Virus record (IMG/VR): IMGVR_UViG_2595698877_000001 | Coordinates: 132,381 to 164,297 of that record | Reading direction: 5' to 3' (one strand) | DNA length: 31,917 bases | Origin: a virus | Taxonomy: Duplodnaviria > Heunggongvirae > Uroviricota > Caudoviricetes > Herelleviridae | Shown: positions 16,230-24,359 of the stretch, in pieces | Position numbering within the stretch: position 1 is the stretch's first letter | How the letters are laid out: each line of letters begins with the position of its first letter | Program-made: the position numbers and the translations under genes | Notes under the pieces: model-generated | Told to the model about the DNA's origin: nothing | Databases searched by the model: none | The model's input: only the letters and a program-made list of their open reading frames with translations

Positions 16230-16427
16230 ATGGAAGAGAAAATAACGTATAAGGATGCATGTGAGTATATAGCAAAGTACTTAAAAGAATCACAAGGTAT
16301 TGATATGACGGGTGAGCAAGTGTTCAACGCTTCACCTACAGGAGAGTTATCCCATGTGTTTTATTTATACAAACAAGCGAAAGAATACTACAAAGTAAAG
16401 GAGGAATTAGCATGTTTAAAAAGATAG
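16230..16427 (+). CDS. hypothetical protein
   Basis: 65 aa ORF; SD AAGGAGG. Confidence 0.78.
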   Translation: MEEKITYKDACEYIAKYLKESQGIDMTGEQVFNASPTGELSHVFYLYKQAKEYYKVKEELACLKR

Positions 16428-16729
16428 CTTTAGTAGTTCCCTTGCTTTTCTTAGGGGCTTGCGGAACATCGGAAAAACTAGTAACAGTAGAGAATGCAGA
16501 AGTAATAGATATAGGTGGTCTTGACTGTAAGCAAAGGTTCTGTGACTACTATCTAACAGTTAAAAAAGGAGATACAACAGTTAAGTTACGTTCATCAGAG
16601 CTTACAGCGAAAGCAGCTACGAAAGGTTCTAAAGTTAAATTTACATACGACCCTACTAGCCTAGAAATAGAGAGCCTTATGTTTACAGACTTTGACCCTA
16701 AGGAGGAGAATAAAAATGATGCGAAGTAG
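16412..16729 (+). CDS. lipoprotein
   Basis: MFKKIALVVPLLFLGA-C lipobox; SD AAGGAGG. Confidence 0.8.
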   Translation: MFKKIALVVPLLFLGACGTSEKLVTVENAEVIDIGGLDCKQRFCDYYLTVKKGDTTVKLRSSELTAKAATKGSKVKFTYDPTSLEIESLMFTDFDPKEENKNDAK

Positions 16730-16943
16730 AGGTAAAGTTAACATGCAGATGATGGAGTTTAGCAAGTACCTAAGCTGGTTTAGTGCTTATGAGCGTATGT
16801 TGCGAGGTGATGGTAGAGTTACAATTCACTGTAAGACTGATATGGAGTTTAAAATTGTAGAAGCGCTAACAAAAGATAAAGATACATATGCTTTACGAGT
16901 AGGGGATAGCTTCTCTATATTCACGAAAGGAAGGGACAAATAA
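16716..16943 (+). CDS. hypothetical protein
   Basis: ATG 16716 after AAGGAGG. Confidence 0.72.
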   Translation: MMRSRGKVNMQMMEFSKYLSWFSAYERMLRGDGRVTIHCKTDMEFKIVEALTKDKDTYALRVGDSFSIFTKGRDK

Positions 16944-17365
16944 TGAAGTATAAACAGGGTTTTGAATTTGAGATTAATGTAGTAGTAGCTTACGATGATT
17001 TTGGTTTCGACTTACACACAGGAACAACAGCATCGATTGTAGACACATCTTACAGCACAAAGAAGCCATACATTATTGAAGATGAGTGCGGTAACTTTAT
17101 TATGCCTGTGACAGAGGAAGAACTAGAAAGACTAGTAGCGCACCCCGTTTTCCCATCTAGGAAGGACAAGCTTGCACAATGGGTGGTTATATTTTCGAAC
17201 TCTCGTTATGGTGGAGAAAATCACGAAGTAATTAAGTGCATGAGTAAAGTGGAAGTTAGGAAAGCAGTAGATGAAAGAAAAGATTATTACGATGCTGATA
17301 ACATCTTAGTATTCCCGCCACTATCTAATATGATTGCGGAAGAACTTTATAAGGAGGAGAAATAA
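16943..17365 (+). CDS. hypothetical protein
   Basis: 140 aa ORF; TAATG coupling. Confidence 0.75.
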   Translation: MKYKQGFEFEINVVVAYDDFGFDLHTGTTASIVDTSYSTKKPYIIEDECGNFIMPVTEEELERLVAHPVFPSRKDKLAQWVVIFSNSRYGGENHEVIKCMSKVEVRKAVDERKDYYDADNILVFPPLSNMIAEELYKEEK

Positions 17366-17601
17366 TGAGAGCTAGGAGATTTATATATCATGTACACTAT
17401 ACAGTTCACGGGTATGACGGTACTACCGGGGATGGTGACGGTCAATTTAGCATACCTAAAAAGAAGCTAACAGAACCATCGATAGAAAGGTTAAACGATT
17501 TCCTTAAGGAACACTGGAAAGAGAAGACAGGTCGCGCAGCTCGTGTTGTTATTATAAAATCATACCAACTAATTAGAGAATCGAGGGGTAGAAAGATATG
17601 A
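17365..17601 (+). CDS. basic hypothetical protein
   Basis: 78 aa ORF; SD AAGGAGG; TAATG coupling. Confidence 0.75.
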   Translation: MRARRFIYHVHYTVHGYDGTTGDGDGQFSIPKKKLTEPSIERLNDFLKEHWKEKTGRAARVVIIKSYQLIRESRGRKI

Positions 17602-17759
17602 CAAAAGTTGAGTTGAATGGTGAGACACACTTTGTCACAGATATATGGGAGTTTATAGAGCTATTACCACCAGAGACACAAGAAGCTGTATCAGATTTAG
17701 TTCACGAGGCTCTAGATGATTATGAAGTGGTTGTAATGGGAAGTTTACATAACTTATAG
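17598..17759 (+). CDS. 53 aa acidic protein (absent from ORF track)
   Basis: ATGA overlap; SD GAGGGG; fills the gap between neighbouring genes exactly. Confidence 0.72.
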   Translation: MTKVELNGETHFVTDIWEFIELLPPETQEAVSDLVHEALDDYEVVVMGSLHNL

Positions 17760-17771
17760 GAGGAATGGAAA

Positions 17772-18425
17772 ATGATTAGAATTTTAGCGATGAGAAAAGA
17801 AAAGTATGTGGGACAAACTGTTAGTGGTCATAACTGTGACTTTGAATACACAGACGAAGTGAAAACGAGACACGTATTACTAGGCTTAAACGATAAAAAC
17901 GTGAAAGTAGCGATTACTTTGTGGGAAGAAGAGGGAGAATGCTACTCTGGATGGACTTCTGCTTCTTGGGGTCATGTGTCAATCGAAGAAATAGATAGAT
18001 TCGAAGGTTATACACATAAAGCGAAAGGAATGCTTACAATACCAGACTTTACAGTAGAAGCGGATGACGCAGCGGATATTGACAACCAAGTGTTTTATGT
18101 TACATATGATGGTGGAGACGGGTATTATCCTTGCGGGTACTATGATGTGAAAGAAGAGTTCTTCGTAGAGAATAGTAGATATGCAGAGGAACGTACTGTG
18201 TGGGTGTTTCAAGGAGAATCCGCACTAGGTAAAAGTTATCTATCAAGTAAACTAGAAGGACTAACGGTATACGAGACAGATTCCGAATACTTCCTTCCAG
18301 ATGAGATTGTACAAGACATTATTGTAGTAGGTAATAAATACGATTTCAATGTAGATGATATTCGCAATAGACTGCTAGGTAATCCGAGAGTAGTTATTGT
18401 AGAATTTACAGATGGGAGCTATTAA
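17772..18425 (+). CDS. hypothetical protein with a C-terminal P-loop motif
   Basis: VWVFQGESALGKS matches GxxxxGKS after a beta strand; SD AGGAGG. Confidence 0.7.
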   Translation: MIRILAMRKEKYVGQTVSGHNCDFEYTDEVKTRHVLLGLNDKNVKVAITLWEEEGECYSGWTSASWGHVSIEEIDRFEGYTHKAKGMLTIPDFTVEADDAADIDNQVFYVTYDGGDGYYPCGYYDVKEEFFVENSRYAEERTVWVFQGESALGKSYLSSKLEGLTVYETDSEYFLPDEIVQDIIVVGNKYDFNVDDIRNRLLGNPRVVIVEFTDGSY

Positions 18426-18426
18426 A

Positions 18427-18651
18427 ATGGGTAAATTTCCGGGTTGGGATAAAGAAACAGTATTAGAAACAGTAGTAGTGGACGACAAAAACAAGTATGA
18501 AATCGTAGAAGCGGAGCTTGGAAAGAATAAGTTCTTGCTCTACTCACCTTACTTCATGAGTAAAGAGGGCTGGAAGAAAGGTGCAGGTAAGTCACTACGA
18601 TTTGATGTACTAGAAATATTTGCAAAGGCGTATGAGAAACATGTCAAGTAA
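18427..18651 (+). CDS. hypothetical protein
   Basis: ATG 18427 after GGGAG. Confidence 0.72.
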   Translation: MGKFPGWDKETVLETVVVDDKNKYEIVEAELGKNKFLLYSPYFMSKEGWKKGAGKSLRFDVLEIFAKAYEKHVK

Positions 18652-19258
18652 TCTATCGAGGCGCGCTGTAAGTTTTCTGGATGAGTTAAACAAGTTAGGT
18701 AAACGTTTTGAGAACGTACCACAAGAGGTAAGATTGTTTGTAAGTGGGGCTAAACCAGCACTAGCCCTTACTTGCAATCATAACTATGCAAACCTTTTAA
18801 TGAAACACTATCCTAGTATCACAAGACCATTACAAGGCACAACATGTGTGTACATATTTAATGACTTTAGTAAAATGTATGCACACATGAACAATCTTAG
18901 ACTAATAGATAGTAGCGCACTAGGCGAACCTATTTTAGTACATACATTCGAAACATTAGGACTAGCATTAGGTTATCCGCCATCAGCTTGTAAGTGGTTT
19001 GAGGAGTATGGCGGGATAAGTGGTGTACCTTCAGAGGATAAGAAAAATGTATGTGTGGTTTATTATCACGGTATGCAGTTTTGTACAATGCAACACTTAT
19101 TAGAAGAAAATATCCAGTGGCTTTATGATAACATACAAGTAACAGACGAGTTTAAAACAGCAGCTTATGTGGAATATCCTTACTTTGAAGATGAAAACGG
19201 AGAGGTTATACGAGTTAGAACGAAAAAACCATTCTTGGAGGTAGAAAATGTGCAGTAA
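18641..19258 (+). CDS. hypothetical protein (LGLALGYP motif)
   Basis: ~205 aa ORF overlapping the upstream stop. Confidence 0.72.
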   Translation: MSSNLSRRAVSFLDELNKLGKRFENVPQEVRLFVSGAKPALALTCNHNYANLLMKHYPSITRPLQGTTCVYIFNDFSKMYAHMNNLRLIDSSALGEPILVHTFETLGLALGYPPSACKWFEEYGGISGVPSEDKKNVCVVYYHGMQFCTMQHLLEENIQWLYDNIQVTDEFKTAAYVEYPYFEDENGEVIRVRTKKPFLEVENVQ

Positions 19259-19340
19259 CGACCTATATAACATAGGATATGGTATTATAGTTATCATACT
19301 GGTTTCGCTGGCTGTTCATGTATTTGGAGAGAAACGTTAG
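19248..19340 (+). CDS. 30 aa single-TM peptide (absent from ORF track)
   Basis: SD GGAGGT; MCSNDLYNIGYGIIVIILVSLAVHVFGEKR. Confidence 0.65.
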   Translation: MCSNDLYNIGYGIIVIILVSLAVHVFGEKR

Positions 19341-19705
19341 TAGCAGGTTGGAAAAATCATAAAAAATAGGGGGCAATATATAATGAGTAGCGATATGGGA
19401 GTTTGTAGTTTTTGCGGAGATACTTTTTCTAGATGTGGTGACCATGAATCTTGTGATTGTGGTAAAAGCTGGTGTAGTGAGAACTGTGCAGAGGCGGACG
19501 GACTACAGGAAGAGGAGAACGGGTATATTCCTCCGGGAGAAACATGGGAGCAGGATTCTAGCTGTGACTATTGTAGAAAAGAAGATTATGAAGATAGCGA
19601 ACTATTAGAATATGTATTGACTAAACTACTTAATATGCATCGTTATGAGTTAGTAGCGCATTACAACGCGTCAAAAGAGTAGTAGCAGGTTGGAAAATCC
19701 ATAAA
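19338..19705 (+). repeat. 26 bp direct repeat pair flanking one gene
   Basis: TAGTAGCAGGTTGGAAAAATCATAAA (19338-19363) and TAGTAGCAGGTTGGAAAATCCATAAA (19680-19705), 24/26 identical. Confidence 0.85.
19383..19682 (+). CDS. Cys-rich putative zinc-binding protein
   Basis: CSFC, CDC, CSENC, CDYC; SD AGGGGG. Confidence 0.75.
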   Translation: MSSDMGVCSFCGDTFSRCGDHESCDCGKSWCSENCAEADGLQEEENGYIPPGETWEQDSSCDYCRKEDYEDSELLEYVLTKLLNMHRYELVAHYNASKE

Positions 19706-19721
19706 GGAAGGAGGGCGGTTA

Positions 19722-20192
19722 ATGGCTATAAAAAGTCACGGTATGTCAGGAACTAGGTTATACACGATATGGAAGAATATGAAACAACGTTGCTATAACC
19801 CCAAAAGAGATTTCTACTATCTATATGGAGCTAAAGGTATAAAGGTATGGGAGGAATGGCATGATTTTGTACCGTTTATGGAATGGTCTATGTCAAACGG
19901 GTATGAGGAACACTTGGTAATTGATAGGATAGATTCCGACGGAGACTATACCCCGGATAATTGTCATTGGGTTACAGAGTCATATAACTCTATAAAAGCT
20001 GTAGAGAAACGAATAGGTACTGATGTTAAAGGTAACGTAGCAGTAGAGTATAACGGAGAAACAAAGACTCTAAAAGAGTGGGCGGAAGAGTACAGTATAA
20101 CGTACAAAGTACTGTATAATAGAGTTAGACACGGTTGGGAATTTAGCAAAGCACTAAGTAAACCTATAGTTACAAGAAACAGACGTAAGTAG
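19722..20192 (+). CDS. free-standing HNH-type endonuclease with C-terminal DNA-binding domain
   Basis: HGMSGTRLYxIWxxMKQRC; IDRIDxDGxYxPxNCxW; YNGETKTLKEWAE..LYNRVRHGW. Confidence 0.8.
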   Translation: MAIKSHGMSGTRLYTIWKNMKQRCYNPKRDFYYLYGAKGIKVWEEWHDFVPFMEWSMSNGYEEHLVIDRIDSDGDYTPDNCHWVTESYNSIKAVEKRIGTDVKGNVAVEYNGETKTLKEWAEEYSITYKVLYNRVRHGWEFSKALSKPIVTRNRRK

Positions 20193-20220
20193 CCCACTAC
20201 ATTTTGTAGGGGCTTTTCTT
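20191..20220 (+). terminator. intrinsic terminator
   Basis: AGCCC(A)CTAC-ATTTT-GTAGGGGCT followed by TTTCTT. Confidence 0.8.
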
Positions 20221-20301
20221 AGTAGCGGACTACACAAACCCTTAAAACGTAAGTAGCACACCCCAAAAAGCCACGCCCGGCAAGTGCGATATAGCGATAC
20301 A

Positions 20302-20316
20302 AATATTCTGACAATT
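20302..20316. promoter_or_regulatory. CodY-box-like 15-mer (single copy)
   Basis: AATATTCTGACAATT; 13/15 match to AATTTTCWGAAAATT; identical to copies at 29855, 30102 and 30510 (reverse). Confidence 0.55.
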
Positions 20317-20426
20317 GATAAGTGTTACAAAGTGAAAAAGCTCCCTTATATAGAAGGAAAACGAAAAGCCTATTTTTTCTTTATATAGGAAGAAACACGA
20401 AAAACGAAAAATATATAAAATTATTG

Positions 20427-20455
20427 TTGTCTTTTAGTAAAATACATGATACGAT
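20427..20455 (+). promoter_or_regulatory. sigma-A-type early promoter (variant)
   Basis: TTGTCT-17-TACGAT in the same cassette context as the TTGACT family. Confidence 0.65.
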
Positions 20456-20485
20456 GGTATCAACTTAATAAGGGAGCTGGTAAAT

Positions 20486-20704
20486 ATGAGCTTAAAATTA
20501 ATGGATGCAAACATGATTATACCTATTACAGAGGGAGGCGTTACAAAACATTACATTACCGATGCGCCTCACTTCTTAGTAACAGAAATGTTTTTAAAGG
20601 TGGATAGCGTGGAAGAGCTTGCAGAGTGGTTAACGGATGGCATTAACTACAATTATCAATTTCACGAATATACTTTTTCATTAAAATTAAATTTCGATGA
20701 ATAA
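20486..20704 (+). CDS. hypothetical protein
   Basis: 72 aa ORF; RBS AAGGGAGCTG. Confidence 0.78.
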   Translation: MSLKLMDANMIIPITEGGVTKHYITDAPHFLVTEMFLKVDSVEELAEWLTDGINYNYQFHEYTFSLKLNFDE

Positions 20705-20709
20705 AGTTG

Positions 20710-20738
20710 TTGACTTTTAGTAAAATAACTATTAGAAT
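20710..20738 (+). promoter_or_regulatory. sigma-A-type early promoter
   Basis: TTGACT-17-TAGAAT. Confidence 0.8.
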
Positions 20739-20770
20739 GAAAGTAACTTAAAAAAGAGGAGCTGTTATAT

Positions 20771-20983
20771 ATGTGGAAAAAGAAAGAGATTCAAGAAATG
20801 AATGATAGTGAGTTAATAAGTGCTTTTCACTGGAATGTAGTTCGTGTAACAAATGAAACAAATTCCATGCGTGGGGTTACACAAAAGAGCCTTAAGGAAG
20901 AAAAATATATTTTAGATGAAATGATTAAACGTTTTAATCTTGACGTTACTGTTTTAAAAGAAAAACAAATTATTAACGAATAA
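20771..20983 (+). CDS. hypothetical protein
   Basis: 70 aa ORF; RBS GAGGAGCTG. Confidence 0.78.
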   Translation: MWKKKEIQEMNDSELISAFHWNVVRVTNETNSMRGVTQKSLKEEKYILDEMIKRFNLDVTVLKEKQIINE

Positions 20984-20997
20984 GGGAGCGGTTTATT

Positions 20998-21297
20998 ATG
21001 ACTAAACAATTTAAAACTTTAGGCGGTATGTTACGTAGTGTAAAAGCTACGTTAAAACGCGACGGTTACACACTAAGCCACGAAGGAAAATACCGATATG
21101 GAAGAGGATTGCTTGTTACTAGTAATGAATGGGATTTAATTACTATAGAACAAATTAATTTGCAGGGTCACCAGATAGACGTTGTTGACGTACCGGAGCT
21201 ATTAGAACTATTGAAAGAGTATAACGCATATTTAAAAATCGAAACGTTTATGCTTGGAAAGACGTTGAAAACAATTAGAATGAAATTTAATAAATAG
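20998..21297 (+). CDS. hypothetical protein
   Basis: 99 aa ORF; RBS AAGGGAG; its stop is the TAG of the next cassette's AAATAG. Confidence 0.78.
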   Translation: MTKQFKTLGGMLRSVKATLKRDGYTLSHEGKYRYGRGLLVTSNEWDLITIEQINLQGHQIDVVDVPELLELLKEYNAYLKIETFMLGKTLKTIRMKFNK

Positions 21298-21300
21298 TTG

Positions 21301-21330
21301 TTGACTTTTAGAAAATGTACGTGATACAAT
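21301..21330 (+). promoter_or_regulatory. sigma-A-type early promoter (18 bp spacer subfamily)
   Basis: TTGACT-18-TACAAT with TG. Confidence 0.75.
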
Positions 21331-21360
21331 GAGGGTAACTTAATAAGGGAGCTGGTACAT

Positions 21361-21531
21361 ATGAAAGCGATAGATAAATCACTTGCTTGTATTAACTTGA
21401 ATACAGTAGAAAGACGCTTAAAAGATTTAATCAGCATTGTTGAGAACGGTGGTACTATCAGTACAGATATAACGTTACAATACATGTTAGAAGATGTTTT
21501 AAAAGTAAAAAGAGTATTAGAGGAGGAATAA
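21361..21531 (+). CDS. 56 aa hypothetical protein (absent from ORF track)
   Basis: RBS AAGGGAGCTG, first gene after a promoter. Confidence 0.75.
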   Translation: MKAIDKSLACINLNTVERRLKDLISIVENGGTISTDITLQYMLEDVLKVKRVLEEE

Positions 21532-21536
21532 AACAT

Positions 21537-21629
21537 ATGTCATTCAGAGGCTCATTAAAAGTATTGGTTATTGTTGGTTTCTTGTTTCTGGTGGGGCGTG
21601 GGATATCATACGCAATCGTACACTTTTAA
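21537..21629 (+). CDS. 30 aa single-TM peptide (absent from ORF track)
   Basis: SD GAGGAGG; MSFRGSLKVLVIVGFLFLVGRGISYAIVHF. Confidence 0.65.
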   Translation: MSFRGSLKVLVIVGFLFLVGRGISYAIVHF

Positions 21630-21640
21630 AAAAATAGTTG

Positions 21641-21669
21641 TTGACTTTTAGCGAATAAAGGTTTAAAAT
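21641..21669 (+). promoter_or_regulatory. sigma-A-type early promoter
   Basis: TTGACT-17-TAAAAT. Confidence 0.8.
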
Positions 21670-21711
21670 GAGAATAGATAAAATAGTTATTTTATGAAGG
21701 GATTGAGAATC

Positions 21712-21882
21712 ATGAACAATAAAATATATATCGTTATGAGTGATTTCGGTTATGATACTAAAAATTTTGAAGGTGCATTCAGTACACCAGAAAAAGCACA
21801 AGAATATACCGAGTATATGGGGAAATGTAGCGGTTGTAAAAAATGTTACTGGTGGGAAGAAGAAGAAATTGACAACCCATAA
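21712..21882 (+). CDS. hypothetical protein
   Basis: ATG 21712 after AAGGGA; contains CSGCKKC. Confidence 0.7.
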   Translation: MNNKIYIVMSDFGYDTKNFEGAFSTPEKAQEYTEYMGKCSGCKKCYWWEEEEIDNP

Positions 21883-21914
21883 ATTAATAAAAAGTATACT
21901 TTATTAAATAGTTG

Positions 21915-21943
21915 TTGACTTTTAGTAAATAAAGGTTTAAAAT
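21915..21943 (+). promoter_or_regulatory. sigma-A-type early promoter (74 bp cassette family)
   Basis: TTGACT-17-TAAAAT. Confidence 0.82.
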
Positions 21944-21975
21944 GAAAGTAACTTAAATAAAGGGAGCTGTTACAT

Positions 21976-22164
21976 ATGACAGATGTTAAAAAAATTGAAA
22001 AGATTAACGCGGTTATCTTGGAATTTGCTTACAAAATAGAAAAGGCTCGTGAGGTTGGGGAACTTATCGCCTTAAAAGAACAAATGCATGTAGAAGCTGA
22101 TAAGTTAGGTGTTAGAGGGGAATACATTGAAGAACAAGCGTGTATAAAATATAACGAAATTTAA
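21976..22164 (+). CDS. hypothetical protein
   Basis: 62 aa ORF; RBS AAGGGAGCTG. Confidence 0.78.
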   Translation: MTDVKKIEKINAVILEFAYKIEKAREVGELIALKEQMHVEADKLGVRGEYIEEQACIKYNEI

Positions 22165-22178
22165 AGGAGCTGTTAATT

Positions 22179-22331
22179 ATGGAAAGATATGATGTGTATA
22201 GAACAGAATTAAAGTTTTTTCCGCTAAAATGTAAAATGTTTATGAAATATAAGATTGTAAGATTACCACCTATGACTGATAACTTTTGGTATGACTTTAT
22301 GCAACGTATTGCGGGTATGAAACAATATTAA
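22179..22331 (+). CDS. 50 aa hypothetical protein (absent from ORF track)
   Basis: RBS AAAGGAGCTG; ends just before the next promoter. Confidence 0.7.
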   Translation: MERYDVYRTELKFFPLKCKMFMKYKIVRLPPMTDNFWYDFMQRIAGMKQY

Positions 22332-22340
22332 AAATAGTTG

Positions 22341-22370
22341 TTGACTTTTAGGAAACACTCATGATATAAT
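22341..22370 (+). promoter_or_regulatory. sigma-A-type early promoter (18 bp spacer)
   Basis: TTGACT-18-TATAAT with TG. Confidence 0.78.
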
Positions 22371-22411
22371 GATTACAGAAACAAAAAACATATAAAAAGG
22401 TGGAATATAAA

Positions 22412-22729
22412 ATGGAAATCAGAAAAATTAATTGGAATGTAGAGTTTAAAAAAGAGATGTCAGAGCTTGAATTATATGGGATTGAAAGTGTAATCGATAA
22501 TTATTGGCATGACGAAACATTTGATTTCGATAGTGAAGTGTTAGGGCTTGCTTATACATCATCTAGTCAATACGCAATGTATAACGTTTGTAACGGTGAT
22601 TTCACTTATTATGATGAAGATTTAAGAGAAGATTTAACAATTAGTCATTTCGCGGTAACAAGTACAGGTCACTTAGTAATGATATGTAATGATAGAATAG
22701 AAAACGAATTTATGTTCGAACTCGTGTAA
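22412..22729 (+). CDS. acidic hypothetical protein
   Basis: ATG 22412 after AAAGGTGG. Confidence 0.78.
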   Translation: MEIRKINWNVEFKKEMSELELYGIESVIDNYWHDETFDFDSEVLGLAYTSSSQYAMYNVCNGDFTYYDEDLREDLTISHFAVTSTGHLVMICNDRIENEFMFELV

Positions 22730-22761
22730 GCGAGTATAAAAAGGCTTTAGGCTTACAGCGT

Positions 22762-22780
22762 CGCGGAGTTTATCTCCGCG
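22762..22780. other. GC-rich hairpin without a U-tract
   Basis: CGCGGAG-TTTAT-CTCCGCG in an AT-rich intergenic region. Confidence 0.65.
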
Positions 22781-22812
22781 GGTAGCAACTAAAATAAATT
22801 TTTAAATAGTTG

Positions 22813-22841
22813 TTGACTTTCTGTAAAGAAAGGTTTAAAAT
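22813..22841 (+). promoter_or_regulatory. sigma-A-type early promoter (74 bp cassette family)
   Basis: TTGACT-17-TAAAAT. Confidence 0.82.
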
Positions 22842-22874
22842 GAAATTAACTTAAATAAAGGGAGATGTTTTATA

Positions 22875-23753
22875 ATGAAACAATTAACATTAACACAATA
22901 CGATACTTTAGAGGCTTTAGACTTTGATATTGATGTATTAGAATCATTTTACGAGTATGACGGTTCAACTTATGTGTGCGACGCTATCACAGAAATTGCA
23001 GACAACTTTATACCTATCTATACAAACGAATTATGGGAAGGTGTACCAAAAATAAAGGAATACATTGAAGAGGCTATAGCACAGGGGTTATGTGAGACAC
23101 CAAGAGGACAGAAAGTAGAATTAGAAAACTTCTATAGAGCGGGGTATTACCAATACTTTACACAACTATTATATAACAATGAAACGGAATTATGTTACAA
23201 TTACATTGCTAAACTTGTTAATAAATGGATTGAAAGCCTTACTTATGACCAACGCGAAAAGTTAGATATTAACGAACTTGATGAACGTGTCGAATATGAA
23301 AGAGCTGATATTGATAATAATAGTTATATGGAAGAGCTGGAAGACATTGCAAAACGTGTTATTGCAGAGTTTAAAGGAAAAGTTAATAAAGATGCAAGTT
23401 GGACGAATTACGGCGACGTGAACGCTTTAGAGCATGGAGGCGACTTTATTAAAAAAGATAGTGATTACCCGCTTGACAAGTGTTATTACTACGTTAAAGT
23501 GATTAATATGTACAATGCATGTGGTGAAGATGGTTACAGAGTCGAAGAGGGTTACATCGATTTAAATGATAGTTGGATTGATTGGAATGCTGTTGAAACC
23601 ACTTGTGATGTATCAGACCGTGACGAAATCAAAGTCATTGACGTTGTAAGTTATTACGGAATGGAAGAGTTTAACGGAGAAACATACAATTTTGATGATG
23701 AGACAGAGGTTTTAGAGCATTTAGCAGCAAAAGGAATTTGTATCGAAAATTAA
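22875..23753 (+). CDS. highly acidic protein with an Ocr-like (T7 gp0.3-like) N-terminal domain; putative DNA mimic
   Basis: DAITEIADNFIPIYTNELW aligns with recalled Ocr DAIHMAADNAVPHYYADIF; about 66 D/E versus 25 K/R by manual count. Confidence 0.65.
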   Translation: MKQLTLTQYDTLEALDFDIDVLESFYEYDGSTYVCDAITEIADNFIPIYTNELWEGVPKIKEYIEEAIAQGLCETPRGQKVELENFYRAGYYQYFTQLLYNNETELCYNYIAKLVNKWIESLTYDQREKLDINELDERVEYERADIDNNSYMEELEDIAKRVIAEFKGKVNKDASWTNYGDVNALEHGGDFIKKDSDYPLDKCYYYVKVINMYNACGEDGYRVEEGYIDLNDSWIDWNAVETTCDVSDRDEIKVIDVVSYYGMEEFNGETYNFDDETEVLEHLAAKGICIEN

Positions 23754-23756
23754 TTG

Positions 23757-23786
23757 TTGACTTTTAGAAAACATACATGATACAAT
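23757..23786 (+). promoter_or_regulatory. sigma-A-type early promoter (18 bp spacer)
   Basis: TTGACT-18-TACAAT; 52 bp (23754-23805) identical to 26414-26465. Confidence 0.78.
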
Positions 23787-23828
23787 AAGGGTAACTTAAT
23801 AAGGGTAACTTAATAAGGGGGTTACATC

Positions 23829-24086
23829 ATGCGAGATATTGAATACATTCTAGATGACTTGGAAAAGTGGCGTGATATTCTCGAAGACCTGTCTATCATG
23901 CATAAGGTAGAAACAACTAAAGAAGGTCTTGACCACTTTGAAAACGAAATCTCTTTTGCACTTGATAAGATTGGCGACTTACAACGTGAGTTAGAAGAGG
24001 CAGAAAGAGAAGAGGCTAAACGCTTTAATACCGCAAATGAGCGCGCTATGTCAGAGGCGGGGCATAATGAAAGGGACTTCCTTTAA
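23829..24086 (+). CDS. acidic helical hypothetical protein
   Basis: 85 aa ORF; SD AAGGGGG. Confidence 0.78.
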   Translation: MRDIEYILDDLEKWRDILEDLSIMHKVETTKEGLDHFENEISFALDKIGDLQRELEEAEREEAKRFNTANERAMSEAGHNERDFL

Positions 24087-24101
24087 AAAGGAGGTTCCCT
24101 T
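24071..24101. other. hairpin spanning the stop codon
   Basis: AAGGGACTTCCTTT pairs with AAAGGAGG(T)TCCCTT. Confidence 0.55.
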
Positions 24102-24117
24102 GTTGGGAGGCTAGGAA

Positions 24118-24288
24118 ATGAATGTAAATAGGTTCTATATAATTCATGAGTTAGCGCGCGTAAAATTGCATTATGGAGGAATTAAGCAAAGACATCTAGA
24201 GAGAAGAGCGAAACAATTAGAAACAACGCCTAAAAATCTTATGATAGCTGTTAACAGGTATATAACGAAACATAACGGAGTCATTTAA
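24118..24288 (+). CDS. 56 aa basic protein (absent from ORF track)
   Basis: SD GGGAGG; stop abuts the next promoter cassette. Confidence 0.68.
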   Translation: MNVNRFYIIHELARVKLHYGGIKQRHLERRAKQLETTPKNLMIAVNRYITKHNGVI

Positions 24289-24297
24289 AAATAGTTG

Positions 24298-24326
24298 TTG
24301 ACTTTTAGTAAAATAGGGTTTAAAAT
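24298..24326 (+). promoter_or_regulatory. sigma-A-type early promoter (74 bp cassette family)
   Basis: TTGACT-17-TAAAAT. Confidence 0.82.
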
Positions 24327-24359
24327 GAAATTAACTTAAATAAAGGGAGATGTTTTATA

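Noticed and set aside
24088-24114. Mini-ORF (TTG TTG GGA GGC TAG) behind the hairpin-sequestered AAGGAGG
   Set aside because: Only four codons, and the SD is buried in a stem; more simply part of a gene-end hairpin.
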